DNA from: Candidatus Woesearchaeota archaeon
GTDB lineage: Archaea; Nanobdellota; Nanobdellia; Woesearchaeales; JAGVYF01
Assembly: GCA_016211195.1 (NCBI GenBank)
Contig: JACQSS010000016.1
Location: 3,475-27,474 of the forward strand
DNA length: 24,000 bases
Direction of reading: 5' to 3'
Both the position numbers and the translations under genes were made by a program. Below the pieces are notes generated by a model that was given only the letters and a program-made list of their open reading frames with translations, was not told where the DNA came from and made no database searches. Shown one piece after another: positions 15,095 through 23,550 of this stretch (positions are counted from its first letter, which is position 1; each line of letters starts with the position of its first letter).

Positions 15095-16396
15095 ATGGGA
15101 GATGAACTGAGTGAGGATGAGCGGAAAAAACTCCGTGCCGGCATAACCACTTTACAACATTATTACGCACAGGAAAAACGACGCGATGAACTCTCTTTTT
15201 ATGCACAATTGGCGGGCGCAACAACACTTGATGACGTCTGCCGCACGTGGGACCAGAATGCAATCAAACGGTTTGTGGTCCATGGGGCCCATATCCTGTC
15301 TGACAAGGGGGACATCGGTAATGCATATGCGCTCCTTGCCGGGTTTTCTGACATTCTTCATGAAGGGGAACTGGCCTTCAGGGCAGCTCTGTACGCAAAA
15401 GCCGTCGGGAAAAAAGAAAAAGAACAGAAATATCTCATGGCCGCTGCGAGCGACAAATCATACAAAAAGAGTGCACTACTGCGGCTGGGCGAATGTGCCG
15501 TGGAAGACAATCGGTTACGGGATGCCCAACAGATTTATGAACAAGTATTAACGATTGTCACGGAGAAGGATGACCGGATTGATGCTCATCTTGCACTAGC
15601 AAAAACCCTTCTTCTGCAGCAGCAGATTGAGCCGGCACGGCAGCATCTGGTGAAGGCTACCCACATTCACGTCGGGACTGATGACATCGATGCATACAAA
15701 CCTTATGCACAGGCAATCGCATTATGCAAGACCCACGCACCGCCACTTATGGCAGACCTGCTTGAAGAAGCCACGTTCGCCTTTCCCTTGCATGCAGGGC
15801 CGTTTGTGCAGCTCTTTCACTATTACCAGACACAAAAGGCATGGCCAGCACAACGGACACTCCTCTCACGCATGATATCCCATGAGCAATGCAGCAGCAG
15901 GCCGCTTCCGGAACGATACATGTTCCGTGATATCGCCAAAGCATTGGCAACGGATTATTTTGCACGGGCACAGATTAATGCTGTTGACCTTGCAGTGGAT
16001 AAGTGGTCATGGGGATTTGAATGCGAGCACTGGATCAAAGTGGAGAAGCCCATTTTCCCCACAGTATTGCTGACTGCATATAACCATCCAAATACGGTTG
16101 GTGGCTATTATCTGGTGGAGCTGACTGGCATAACACAACTGGGAAAAAACACCTATGCATTCGAGCCAAGCGATGCAATCATCCAAGCAGTCCGGCAAAC
16201 TTATCGCCCGGATAAGCCATATACACGTGCGGAGACTCTAGAGGATTATCTTGAGGAAGGAGTAGATACTTATTATAACGAGCATTTTATAATGAGCCAT
16301 GGAGAGCGACTCAGGGAACTTATCAGCACAGGCATGGATGCACAGTCTTTCGAACAGTTTCTGTCTTCAATCGGACGTGTGGAAAAGTATAATTAG
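15095..16396 (+). CDS. Hypothetical protein, helical/TPR-like N-terminal half
   Basis: Clean 433-aa ORF. The first ATG (15095) is 23 nt after the TATA GTATTAAA, and the ORF-track start at 15077 is a TTG. There are repetitive helical A/L-rich segments. I recognise no family. Confidence 0.55.
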   Translation: MGDELSEDERKKLRAGITTLQHYYAQEKRRDELSFYAQLAGATTLDDVCRTWDQNAIKRFVVHGAHILSDKGDIGNAYALLAGFSDILHEGELAFRAALYAKAVGKKEKEQKYLMAAASDKSYKKSALLRLGECAVEDNRLRDAQQIYEQVLTIVTEKDDRIDAHLALAKTLLLQQQIEPARQHLVKATHIHVGTDDIDAYKPYAQAIALCKTHAPPLMADLLEEATFAFPLHAGPFVQLFHYYQTQKAWPAQRTLLSRMISHEQCSSRPLPERYMFRDIAKALATDYFARAQINAVDLAVDKWSWGFECEHWIKVEKPIFPTVLLTAYNHPNTVGGYYLVELTGITQLGKNTYAFEPSDAIIQAVRQTYRPDKPYTRAETLEDYLEEGVDTYYNEHFIMSHGERLRELISTGMDAQSFEQFLSSIGRVEKYN

Positions 16397-16432
16397 CAAA
16401 GTTTATTAAGCGCATTTTCTCCAGAGGACACT

Positions 16433-17113
16433 ATGAATTTCATCCGCAAACTATTCTTGGGAAAGGGCGACGACCATGTACATAGCCAATTCGTCCGTTA
16501 TAGTCTTGGAGAATATTCACCCAAGGCAGTCGTGACCATCAAAAATGGTACGTCCGCGAAGATAGTCACGAGTTTTGAATATGTCAATGATTTTCTGGCA
16601 ATGATTGGGGAATGCGCAAAGGGCGAGGTGGAGGTCCATGGCAAGATATTCCTGAAAAGGCAGATGGATACGCCATTCTCTTTAAGCAAAAAGAAAGGGT
16701 ATCTCTGTGCCGATATCGACCAGACCATGACCCCGAAGACATTGGCGCAATGGGTAACGAGCTATGGCACCGAAGGATACCTTCTGCTCAATGTCACTGG
16801 AAATGGTATCATATTCAAGACAAAGACAGCACCTCATAACCCCAAAGGGAAGTATGATATGAAATACTGCACCCTTACTGTCTCCAGCCCACTAAAAGAT
16901 GTGTTTTTACAGGACGTGGCATTTGACGCCAAGGGCGCGTTCAAGCAGGCTACCATCACACATACATTTCATATCGCCGACGTCATTATCCCTAAGGAAT
17001 ATGAACATGACATGGCCCTTGCTCGCATCCATGCAAAACGGAAAGGGAAAGTTGTCCGCAGTGCAGTCATTGACGGCAAAGAGATAAAGACAGAAAAAGA
17101 GTTTGTGGCGTGA
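16433..17113 (+). CDS. Hypothetical protein (226 aa)
   Basis: Clean ORF with the TATA TTTATTAA 23 nt upstream. I recognise no family. Confidence 0.55.
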   Translation: MNFIRKLFLGKGDDHVHSQFVRYSLGEYSPKAVVTIKNGTSAKIVTSFEYVNDFLAMIGECAKGEVEVHGKIFLKRQMDTPFSLSKKKGYLCADIDQTMTPKTLAQWVTSYGTEGYLLLNVTGNGIIFKTKTAPHNPKGKYDMKYCTLTVSSPLKDVFLQDVAFDAKGAFKQATITHTFHIADVIIPKEYEHDMALARIHAKRKGKVVRSAVIDGKEIKTEKEFVA

Positions 17114-17180
17114 ATTCTAGCCCTTCACCAAAAACTATAAATAGTGCCGACTGCATGAATAAAACGGGGGTTGAGAGAGC

Positions 17181-17828
17181 ATGGCAGTGAGTGGTTTCAT
17201 CGCACGTTTTTTCCCATTCTTGAATTCTCTATTTCAGAGAAGGACAAACATCAAGCTCGGCCTGTACGGTCCACCCAATGCCGGCAAAACCACAATGGCT
17301 AACAGCATCTGCCAGGAATGCCTTGGCGAGGATATGGGTGTTGTATCCAATATTGCCCATGAAACACGGGAAATACAAGTCAAAGAGCAAATAACAATCA
17401 AGTCTGGAAAAAAGCAGCTTTCCTTTACATTAGTCGACACACCCGGCATTGCAACAAAAATAGACTATGAAGATTTCCTCAAGTATGGGATGAATGAGAG
17501 GGAAGCAAAACGCAGGGCAAAGGAAGCAACCAAAGGTGTCATCGATTCCATCAAGTGGCTGGATGATATGGACACCGTCATCGTCGTGCTTGACTCAACA
17601 AAGGACCCCATGTCGCAGGTAAATATCACCATTATCGGTAATCTTGCTGCCCGGAATATACCGGTACTAATCGTCGCAAACAAGATAGACCTTAAGAAAG
17701 CAGACATCAAGCGTGTGCGAGCCGCCTTCCCGCAATATGAAGTGGTAGGCATCAGCGCAAAATACGGGAATAACCTGACTGAGTTTTACGATGCATTATT
17801 CAAAATCGTGGAAAAAAGAGGTCTGTGA
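17181..17828 (+). CDS. Small P-loop GTPase (archaeal GTP-binding protein)
   Basis: Motifs are G1 GPPNAGKT, G3 DTPG, G4 NKID and G5 SAK. Confidence 0.8.
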   Translation: MAVSGFIARFFPFLNSLFQRRTNIKLGLYGPPNAGKTTMANSICQECLGEDMGVVSNIAHETREIQVKEQITIKSGKKQLSFTLVDTPGIATKIDYEDFLKYGMNEREAKRRAKEATKGVIDSIKWLDDMDTVIVVLDSTKDPMSQVNITIIGNLAARNIPVLIVANKIDLKKADIKRVRAAFPQYEVVGISAKYGNNLTEFYDALFKIVEKRGL

Positions 17829-17831
17829 ACA

Positions 17832-18218
17832 ATGCTAACCCTACAGTTTATTCCGTATGCGGAAATCGAGGATCTCACATCGGAGAAACGGATTTCCAAA
17901 CTGTTGAATGTGGTCAAAGAAAACAAGATTGTCGTGCTTGAAGGACGGCTGCGCAAAGAAGAGGAAGCAGATCTCATCAAGCAGACAATGGAATCCATCG
18001 ATGAGGACTTCAAGGGCATCGAGCTGTCTGTGATTTTCCCGGATATGAGGAACAAAATGGCGCTCGACAACCTCAGGAAACTGTTCATCAACCTCCTACT
18101 GGGTGATAGAACAGGAATTACCATCATCGGTCCGGCATCAGTAGTGAAAGAAATCAAGAAGGATCCGAACAAGATTGAACTCCTGACACAACCACTCAGG
18201 AGGAAGAAGAAACGATAA
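17832..18218 (+). CDS. Conserved archaeal protein, DUF2073-like (recalled family)
   Basis: 128-aa acidic/basic protein starting 4 nt after the GTPase stop. The position and size match the archaeal GTPase-associated gene as I recall it. Confidence 0.55.
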   Translation: MLTLQFIPYAEIEDLTSEKRISKLLNVVKENKIVVLEGRLRKEEEADLIKQTMESIDEDFKGIELSVIFPDMRNKMALDNLRKLFINLLLGDRTGITIIGPASVVKEIKKDPNKIELLTQPLRRKKKR

Positions 18219-18220
18219 CC

Positions 18221-18604
18221 ATGCCACACCAATGCGTCCGTTGCAGCACGTTGTACGATGACGGGGCTAAAGAAATTCTAGCGGGCTGCACCTGTGGTGG
18301 CCGACTCTTTTTTTACATCAAGAAGAGTGCGCTCGAAAAAGCAAAGCAGCTTCTCCCGCCGACACTGTCTGTAGAAGAAAAACAGAAGATAGAGAAAGAT
18401 ATTTATGAAATCATTGGGCAGGACCCCGAAGAGGAGAATCCGATTGTCCTTGACCTTGAATCCATCAACGTGCTACAGGAAGGGAAATTCGAACTCGATC
18501 TCGTTAATCTGTTCTCAAAAGAAAAACCCCTCGTGTACAAACTGGAAGAAGGGAAATATGTCATTGATTTGACGTCGAGCTTTGACAAGCTGCGGAAGGA
18601 ATGA
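18221..18604 (+). CDS. Zn-ribbon-containing protein (DUF2072-like)
   Basis: The N-terminus CVRCSTLYDDGAKEILAGCTCGG is a Cx2C...CxC ribbon. The gene starts 3 nt after the upstream stop. Confidence 0.6.
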   Translation: MPHQCVRCSTLYDDGAKEILAGCTCGGRLFFYIKKSALEKAKQLLPPTLSVEEKQKIEKDIYEIIGQDPEEENPIVLDLESINVLQEGKFELDLVNLFSKEKPLVYKLEEGKYVIDLTSSFDKLRKE

Positions 18605-18696
18605 TTATAGTGAATCTCATCATTTATCGAAAAAAGGTAGGATTCACTAGAATAGTAAATTGCTATGGACAGTTCGAAAATTTTTGCAATTTGCTA

Positions 18697-18969
18697 TTAG
18701 AATTCCCGCCACAAAAATCCAGTCACAGTAAGTATTGTTAATCCAAGGAAGAGGGAAACAAATGGATTCTGGACAACGGGCACAATGTCAGCGATATTCC
18801 ATATCCCTCTCCAGAAGAGCACGGCCCCGCTACCAGCGACGATTAAAAGGAGATATTCCTTGTCACGCCTTGTCACCTTGGCCCATGGGATCATCCCAAA
18901 ATACATCAAGACGGCCACAAACGTCAGAAATGCAATGATAGCCACAAAGATAAGCGCAAGCGGTTCCAT
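18697..18969 (-). CDS. Hypothetical three-TM membrane protein (90 aa)
   Basis: Shows three hydrophobic helices. TTTAAAA lies upstream of the ATG. Confidence 0.5.
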   Translation of the reverse strand: MEPLALIFVAIIAFLTFVAVLMYFGMIPWAKVTRRDKEYLLLIVAGSGAVLFWRGIWNIADIVPVVQNPFVSLFLGLTILTVTGFLWREF

Positions 18970-19039
18970 ACTGATTCCATGGAGTCGTGCCTTTTAAATT
19001 ATTCGCATAGATACCAGCAATGGTTTCATATTAGCCGCA

Positions 19040-20236
19040 TTATTTCGCACTTACAATTTCAATCACATCACAGTGCTGCAGCAGGTGTTCTTTTCCGACC
19101 GTACGGCGCGTTTTCACATCAATCGCGCGGATGAAATTCTTGCCCAAGTCAGTATGCAACCGATAAGCAAAATCCAGCGCTGTGCTCGCTGGCGGCAAAA
19201 GGAAGCAGTCTGGCAACACCCGCCCATCTGAATCAGCAAGCTTATTGATGCCGCCGGGAAAGATGGCCATATATTTCAGGAAATCAAAGACAGCCTTGTC
19301 CAGAACTTCCTGAACACCAGTGCTCCCGAATGGTACAAGCACATTTTTTCTGATAAAGTCGAGTGCACTCTTCTGCTTCATGGAGAGTTTATCCTCATGC
19401 ATAGTAAATGTATTGTCGCCGGGCAGGTAGGAGATGAGCCCGGCCCGTGCAGCTTCACGCAGAGCAGCTTCGGCCTCTGCAGAACAGGGAATAAAGAGGT
19501 ACTGGGGGAACATTCCCTTGAGGTGGGTGAAATTCTTGTCTGCACCAGGCACATCAATTTTGTTACAGGCAATGAGCATTGGCTTTGACACGGCACGCAG
19601 ATATGCTGCAAGCTCAAACAATTGTTTTTCCGTCCATTCATGCGGCTTTTCGGGATTCAAATAGAGTTTCTGGATAGCTTCTTTGACAAGGTCTTCAGAG
19701 ACTTTGAGTCCTGACAGCTGTGCACCCAGCGCCTTGTGGATCTCCTTCTTTTCCTGCACAATCTGGCGGGCAAAGCGCTCCCAGCCTTTCTTAATAAGGC
19801 CGAGGTACCACATGTTCAGCTCCGTCTCCAGAAACCGGATGTCATTTTCCGGATTGTAGCTTAACGGTTGGACTGGTTCCCCTTTCTCATTGACAGAGCC
19901 AGAGATATCAACAACGTGGATAAGTACGTCTGCTTGTCGTAGGTCGTCGAGAAACTGATTACCCATGCCATGGCCGAGATGGGCACCCGGAACAAGACCT
20001 GCAACATCCATCAGGTCAACGGGTACAAAACGGATATCTTTAACGCAGTAGCCAAAACGGGGATTGCATTGCACCCCAAAATGCTTGGCAGCGCACGGAA
20101 CGCGGACATAGCCGACTGCATGGTTGGGCTTTATTGTCGTGAATGGATAGTTTGCTATCTCCACTTCAGCCAGTGTCGCTGCCTTGAAAAAAGTGCTTTT
20201 TCCGCAGCTTGGTTTTCCTACGATGCCGACAAGCAT
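19040..20236 (-). CDS. OBG/YchF-related GTPase, Ygr210-like subfamily, with a C-terminal TGS-like domain
   Basis: Motifs are G1 GKPSCGKST, G2 YPFTT, G3 DVAGLV and G4 NKID, at 398 aa. The TATA TTTTTATAG lies about 25 nt upstream. Confidence 0.85.
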   Translation of the reverse strand: MLVGIVGKPSCGKSTFFKAATLAEVEIANYPFTTIKPNHAVGYVRVPCAAKHFGVQCNPRFGYCVKDIRFVPVDLMDVAGLVPGAHLGHGMGNQFLDDLRQADVLIHVVDISGSVNEKGEPVQPLSYNPENDIRFLETELNMWYLGLIKKGWERFARQIVQEKKEIHKALGAQLSGLKVSEDLVKEAIQKLYLNPEKPHEWTEKQLFELAAYLRAVSKPMLIACNKIDVPGADKNFTHLKGMFPQYLFIPCSAEAEAALREAARAGLISYLPGDNTFTMHEDKLSMKQKSALDFIRKNVLVPFGSTGVQEVLDKAVFDFLKYMAIFPGGINKLADSDGRVLPDCFLLPPASTALDFAYRLHTDLGKNFIRAIDVKTRRTVGKEHLLQHCDVIEIVSAK

Positions 20237-20307
20237 AGTGCCCTAGAAATGGTGCGCTATAAAAAGATTGCTGGACAAAAAGCCAAACGAGTCACCGCTA
20301 TGGAAAA

Positions 20308-20685
20308 CTATGTGACTATCTTTGCCGTCCGGGAAAAGCTGAACTGCAGATAGAGTGAGCAGACAATAAGGTCAGCAATCATGCCGCAGGGCATGTTCGG
20401 TTGCTTTGCCTTTACCCCTGTGTAGAGAGTCACCATTTGCTTAGCTAAAGTCCCATTACTCTCCATAGCCAGCATCTGACGCAGCGTTGGATAGTTCTGC
20501 ACCATCTCAAGGTTATGATACACATCTGATGGTTTTTCGGCAATTGATAATCGGTGAGCATAATATTCCGGGATATTCGACAAGGGGGCAATAGTAAAGA
20601 GGCGCTGCTGATGTCCGCTCATTGCAAAGGCAAGATTCTGCAGACGCTGGAGCCAGATTGTATCTTCAGGAGTTGTTTGCCCCAT
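20308..20685 (-). CDS. Hypothetical protein, or the C-terminal half of a frameshifted gene that continues from 20666..21070
   Basis: Only the last 126 codons of the 236-aa ORF-track frame look protein-like. There is no SD before ATG 20685, and the gene overlaps the upstream frame by 20 nt. Confidence 0.4.
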   Translation of the reverse strand: MGQTTPEDTIWLQRLQNLAFAMSGHQQRLFTIAPLSNIPEYYAHRLSIAEKPSDVYHNLEMVQNYPTLRQMLAMESNGTLAKQMVTLYTGVKAKQPNMPCGMIADLIVCSLYLQFSFSRTAKIVT

Positions 20686-21070
20686 GACTGTTGAGATTCT
20701 GTCGAGCAATACATGGGGTTGTCCCGGGTTTCGTGACGAGTTGTGTAACAACAATCGGGAAAAGGAACTCGATAATTCCCTGGTTTGTGCGACCTCCTCT
20801 CCTGTTCTTCTTGGAATCTGCCTGTGCACGGTAGGCAAGGTCATACGTGGTTTGAGGATAGCCGTGCTGCAGAAGACATGCCAAATCCTCGAATGCATCT
20901 CCAATAATAACTGCTGCCGTGACAAAGTACTCGAGCTTTTGCCTGGGCATGTCTCGCGTGCGGGTTGTGCAACCGGGTTTCTCAGAGAGGGGTTCGAGCA
21001 CACCGGCAAGCTGCACATGCCGACGGATGTCGCGGGGGGTTAATTGGTCGCTGCACTGGGACCAGACCAT
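20666..21070 (-). CDS. Hypothetical protein, or the N-terminal half of a frameshifted gene
   Basis: The stretch MPRQKLEYFVTAAVIIGDAFEDLACLLQHGYPQ... is protein-like. The other four frames that are open in this high-GC stretch read as noise. ATG 21070 lies 20 nt after the upstream stop. Confidence 0.4.
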   Translation of the reverse strand: MVWSQCSDQLTPRDIRRHVQLAGVLEPLSEKPGCTTRTRDMPRQKLEYFVTAAVIIGDAFEDLACLLQHGYPQTTYDLAYRAQADSKKNRRGGRTNQGIIEFLFPIVVTQLVTKPGTTPCIARQNLNSHGANNS

Positions 21071-21090
21071 GCCATGGAACCGTCCCACCG

Positions 21091-21450
21091 TCACTTTGTA
21101 CGCTCTGCAACGCGGGAATAATATCTTGCGATGGCATTCCCTCCATAGGTGCGCGTCCCTGTCCACTCCTTAAAGGAGAACGTCATGACCTCTGTCGCCA
21201 AGGGAGCAAGAGCAAGAAGCTCTTCGGCAATCCTACCAGCAGGGGAGTAATATTCTGCAGTATCGATACATTGTCCGTTATAGCTCTGTTCCTCTGTCTT
21301 CAACAGTGTCCGTCCTTCCAGATCAACGCGCTTTCCGGTTCCTTTGAACCAAGGCATGCCTGAGCCGTCGGGGTCATTGACTAATGTTGCTTCAATATAT
21401 CCCCCTTCACTTTCCAGTGCAAGGACAATGTCATTAATGGTCTGCTTCAT
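21091..21450 (-). CDS. Hypothetical protein (119 aa)
   Basis: Clean ORF with an ATGA overlap to the upstream MaoC-like gene. I recognise no family. Confidence 0.5.
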   Translation of the reverse strand: MKQTINDIVLALESEGGYIEATLVNDPDGSGMPWFKGTGKRVDLEGRTLLKTEEQSYNGQCIDTAEYYSPAGRIAEELLALAPLATEVMTFSFKEWTGTRTYGGNAIARYYSRVAERTK

Positions 21451-21938
21451 AGTCTCACCTGTTTACCGCTATCGTGTGTTATCTGTATAATTCCCATTTC
21501 CTTGACAACATCCTTCCTCTTCACAAGATAGAGAACATGTCGCTCGTACACCAAACAATTATTCTGATTGTAGATTTCCTGCACAACTGCAACATATCCA
21601 TAATTTTTCTGATAATCTTTATGTGGAGTAATTCTAACAATATGATTGTCGGTCCTAATAATATCACCAACCTTCACTGGAGAATAAAATGTACACTCGT
21701 ATGATTTAGCAGCCAGAACATTGAGCCACGCCTTTTTTCCAGCCTGACCGCCGATAAGAGAAATGACAAGATGAGACAGAACAATTCCCTTTTGTGCAAC
21801 CTCATGCCAGATGTCTCCGGCCCAGTCTTCTCCATATAATGCGACATGGTTATCCCTCAGTTCTTTCGTGATAGCAATACGTGGATACCTGTACGTCATT
21901 CCTTCCACAATCTCTTCCAGGCATAAGGGAGATTTCAT
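21447..21938 (-). CDS. MaoC-like / hotdog-fold dehydratase-like protein
   Basis: The size (163 aa) and the pattern ITKELRDNHVALYGEDW...IVLSHLVISLIGG...VKVGDII resemble MaoC hotdog domains. An ATGA overlap links it to the upstream gene. Confidence 0.55.
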   Translation of the reverse strand: MKSPLCLEEIVEGMTYRYPRIAITKELRDNHVALYGEDWAGDIWHEVAQKGIVLSHLVISLIGGQAGKKAWLNVLAAKSYECTFYSPVKVGDIIRTDNHIVRITPHKDYQKNYGYVAVVQEIYNQNNCLVYERHVLYLVKRKDVVKEMGIIQITHDSGKQVRL

Positions 21939-22534
21939 TTTGTGCCTCCTGAATGGTTTTCCTGTTCTGTGCGATACCCCCGACCAGCCCCCTCAAGCCC
22001 CCGTATTGCATCCATCGCCCACCACAGCCATTGTTTTTTGTGCTCGGGATTTTTCCCGATGATGCCCGTAACCTCATCCCACGTGTGCATGCCCCCTTGG
22101 TAGTCCCTCGGTTCACGGAGAGAGCAGATGGCGTCAATGGCCCCATACTTGAGGTCACTTTCTGTTGCCCGGACATTGTGGGCATTCCACATATGGTGAT
22201 GATGTTGGCCTTGACGATGAAGTTCAAGCGCAGTCCGCAACCGTCTTTGGCGCTCAGGGGAACTCTTATCCTTCGGTGCCAAGCCTTGGATCACTGCCCA
22301 CTCTAGCTTGTTGCCCGGTCCAACCAAATCGTGAGGACGCTGACCATCATCAACCTGCACATTGAGTGCATGGAGATAATATTCCACCCGGGAACTGTGA
22401 TTCATTACTGCAGCTACCCATGCAGTGATTTCATCCAAAGAAGGATTTTCGGGATCACCAAAGTGCTGCGTGGCAATGATGATATCATTGAGCAGAAATG
22501 TCATCAGACCTGACGGTGCCATTCTTTGTGTCAT
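21935..22534 (-). CDS. Hypothetical metal-binding protein with an HD-like motif set (DUF5662-like by recall)
   Basis: The ordered motifs H-x3-H...RPHDLVGPGNKLEW...LELHRQGQHHHHMW...AIDAICS parallel the H/HD/HH/D pattern of HD-fold DUF5662 proteins. The TATA (AAAATAAG on the minus strand) lies 24 nt before the ATG. Confidence 0.45.
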   Translation of the reverse strand: MTQRMAPSGLMTFLLNDIIIATQHFGDPENPSLDEITAWVAAVMNHSSRVEYYLHALNVQVDDGQRPHDLVGPGNKLEWAVIQGLAPKDKSSPERQRRLRTALELHRQGQHHHHMWNAHNVRATESDLKYGAIDAICSLREPRDYQGGMHTWDEVTGIIGKNPEHKKQWLWWAMDAIRGLEGAGRGYRTEQENHSGGTK

Positions 22535-22558
22535 AACAGGTAGAAGAGCAAGCTCCTA

Positions 22559-22603
22559 CTTATTTTCTCGTTGTACAATTATGTTCAACAGTAAATTTAT
22601 AAA
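22559..22603. promoter_or_regulatory. Divergent promoter pair: CTTATTTT (22559-22566, minus-strand operon) and TTTATAAA (22596-22603, trmB)
   Basis: The TATAs lie 24 nt and 22 nt from ATG 22534 and ATG 22626 respectively. AAATTTATAAAT is a near-palindrome. Confidence 0.5.
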
Positions 22604-22625
22604 TGGGTGCAGATTTAGTGAAGTA

Positions 22626-23354
22626 ATGACCATCGAGATGGAACTGCGCGGCCTTGATTTTACAGATAATGAAATAAAGGTGTATATTACCCTGCTTCGG
22701 ATTGGGAGCGTACGAGCGGGCAAATTAGCGCAAGAGTGCCGCCTGGAAAGAACAAGTACATATAACGCATTAAAACGGTTGAGCCAGCAGGGATTGGTGT
22801 CAACAGTTACAGAAGCGAACAGGAAAGTATTCACTGCGGCTGAACCAGACAAGCTGATTGACATGTTTAAAGAAAAAGAAGAGCGTGCAGCCCTCCTCAT
22901 CCCCCAACTGGAACAATTGAAGAAATTTGAACGGGAAGTAGAAACAATCCAAAAATTTAGAGGGTTTGCCGGTATCAAAACAGTCTTGAATGATGTCCTC
23001 AGGACATGTTCTGCAGGAGGCGAATACCTTATCATGGGGTCAGAAGGACAACTCTCCGAGCGGATGCCGACCTATGCAAGGATTTTTGTGGCACGAAAGG
23101 ATCAGAAACGCATACGAGCAAGGATACTTATCCGTGAAGGGGTTGTTGCAACAGGAAATATCAGGAGCAAGTTTACAAAAGTCAGACATGTCCCTCAAGA
23201 GGTGATTTCTCCGGCAGTTACAAATATCTATGGAGACAAGATTGCTATCATTATCTGGTCAGAGACGCCTGAGGCCATCATTATCCACAATGCAGATACA
23301 GCCAAGACATACCGTTCTTATTTTGAATTCATGTGGAAACATGGGTCCCATTGA
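22626..23354 (+). CDS. trmB: TrmB-family transcriptional regulator, with its last 3 codons and stop supplied by the MITE
   Basis: The N-terminal winged HTH LDFTDNEIKVYITLLRIGSVRAGKLAQECRLERTSTYNALKRLSQQGLV is typical of TrmB. I set the start at ATG 22626, 22 nt after a TATA. The ORF-track start at 22425 runs through the divergent promoter and the neighbouring gene. Confidence 0.8.
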   Translation: MTIEMELRGLDFTDNEIKVYITLLRIGSVRAGKLAQECRLERTSTYNALKRLSQQGLVSTVTEANRKVFTAAEPDKLIDMFKEKEERAALLIPQLEQLKKFEREVETIQKFRGFAGIKTVLNDVLRTCSAGGEYLIMGSEGQLSERMPTYARIFVARKDQKRIRARILIREGVVATGNIRSKFTKVRHVPQEVISPAVTNIYGDKIAIIIWSETPEAIIIHNADTAKTYRSYFEFMWKHGSH

Positions 23355-23506
23355 AAAGTTCCTCCGCTTGCGCTCCATGGCCATCGGTTCGCATGTAACT
23401 CTTGTGGTAATAGCAAAAATTCCTCTTACAATCTCTTTTTTGCTTGCTCGAGTAACGAGTCAATGCTCATAGAATTGATGGCCATCGTGAACTTTTCAAT
23501 GGCGCT
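23344..23506 (+). mobile_element. MITE copy 3 (163 bp), flanked by the 8-bp repeat GAAACATG (23336-23343) / GAAGCATG (23507-23514), a 7 of 8 match
   Basis: The left end GGTCCCATTGAAAAGTTCC is identical to copy 2. The right end GAACTTTTCAATGGCGCT has a degenerate outermost 4-5 nt. The internal 3' subregion has diverged (CTCGAGTAACGAG hairpin). Confidence 0.8.
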
Positions 23507-23520
23507 GAAGCATGCAAAGG

Positions 23521-23528
23521 CATAAATA
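23521..23528 (+). promoter_or_regulatory. TATA box (CATAAATA), promoter of the PHP gene
   Basis: Lies 22 nt upstream of ATG 23551. It also contains the inferred ancestral TAA stop of trmB. Confidence 0.4.
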
Positions 23529-23550
23529 GCCGGAATTTCTACGGGACCGA

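Noticed and set aside
13347-15263. Long antisense ORFs lie inside elp3 (13347-13859, 13884-14417 and 14445-15263, up to 272 aa).
   Set aside because: They are antisense to a gene with unmistakable Elp3 motifs. Their translations are Cys/His/Pro/Arg-rich noise without promoters or SD sites.
20684-21363. Plus-strand ORFs of 84-132 aa (20684-21043, 20919-21173 and 20965-21363).
   Set aside because: In this high-GC stretch many frames stay open. The translations are Cys/Arg/Gly-rich and not protein-like, while the minus-strand frames read convincingly.
22425-22625. Upstream extension of trmB (ORF-track start at 22425).
   Set aside because: It would run through the bidirectional promoter and overlap the first gene of the divergent operon. 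A TATA 22 nt before ATG 22626 and the position of the wHTH domain both support the shorter form.
1722-23506. Whether the three repeats could be a CRISPR array or tRNA-like genes (GGTTCGCAT resembles a T-arm).
   Set aside because: The copies are 7.5 and 14 kb apart, about 164 bp long, with TIRs and TSDs. No cloverleaf can be drawn, and there is no short regularly spaced repeat/spacer architecture.
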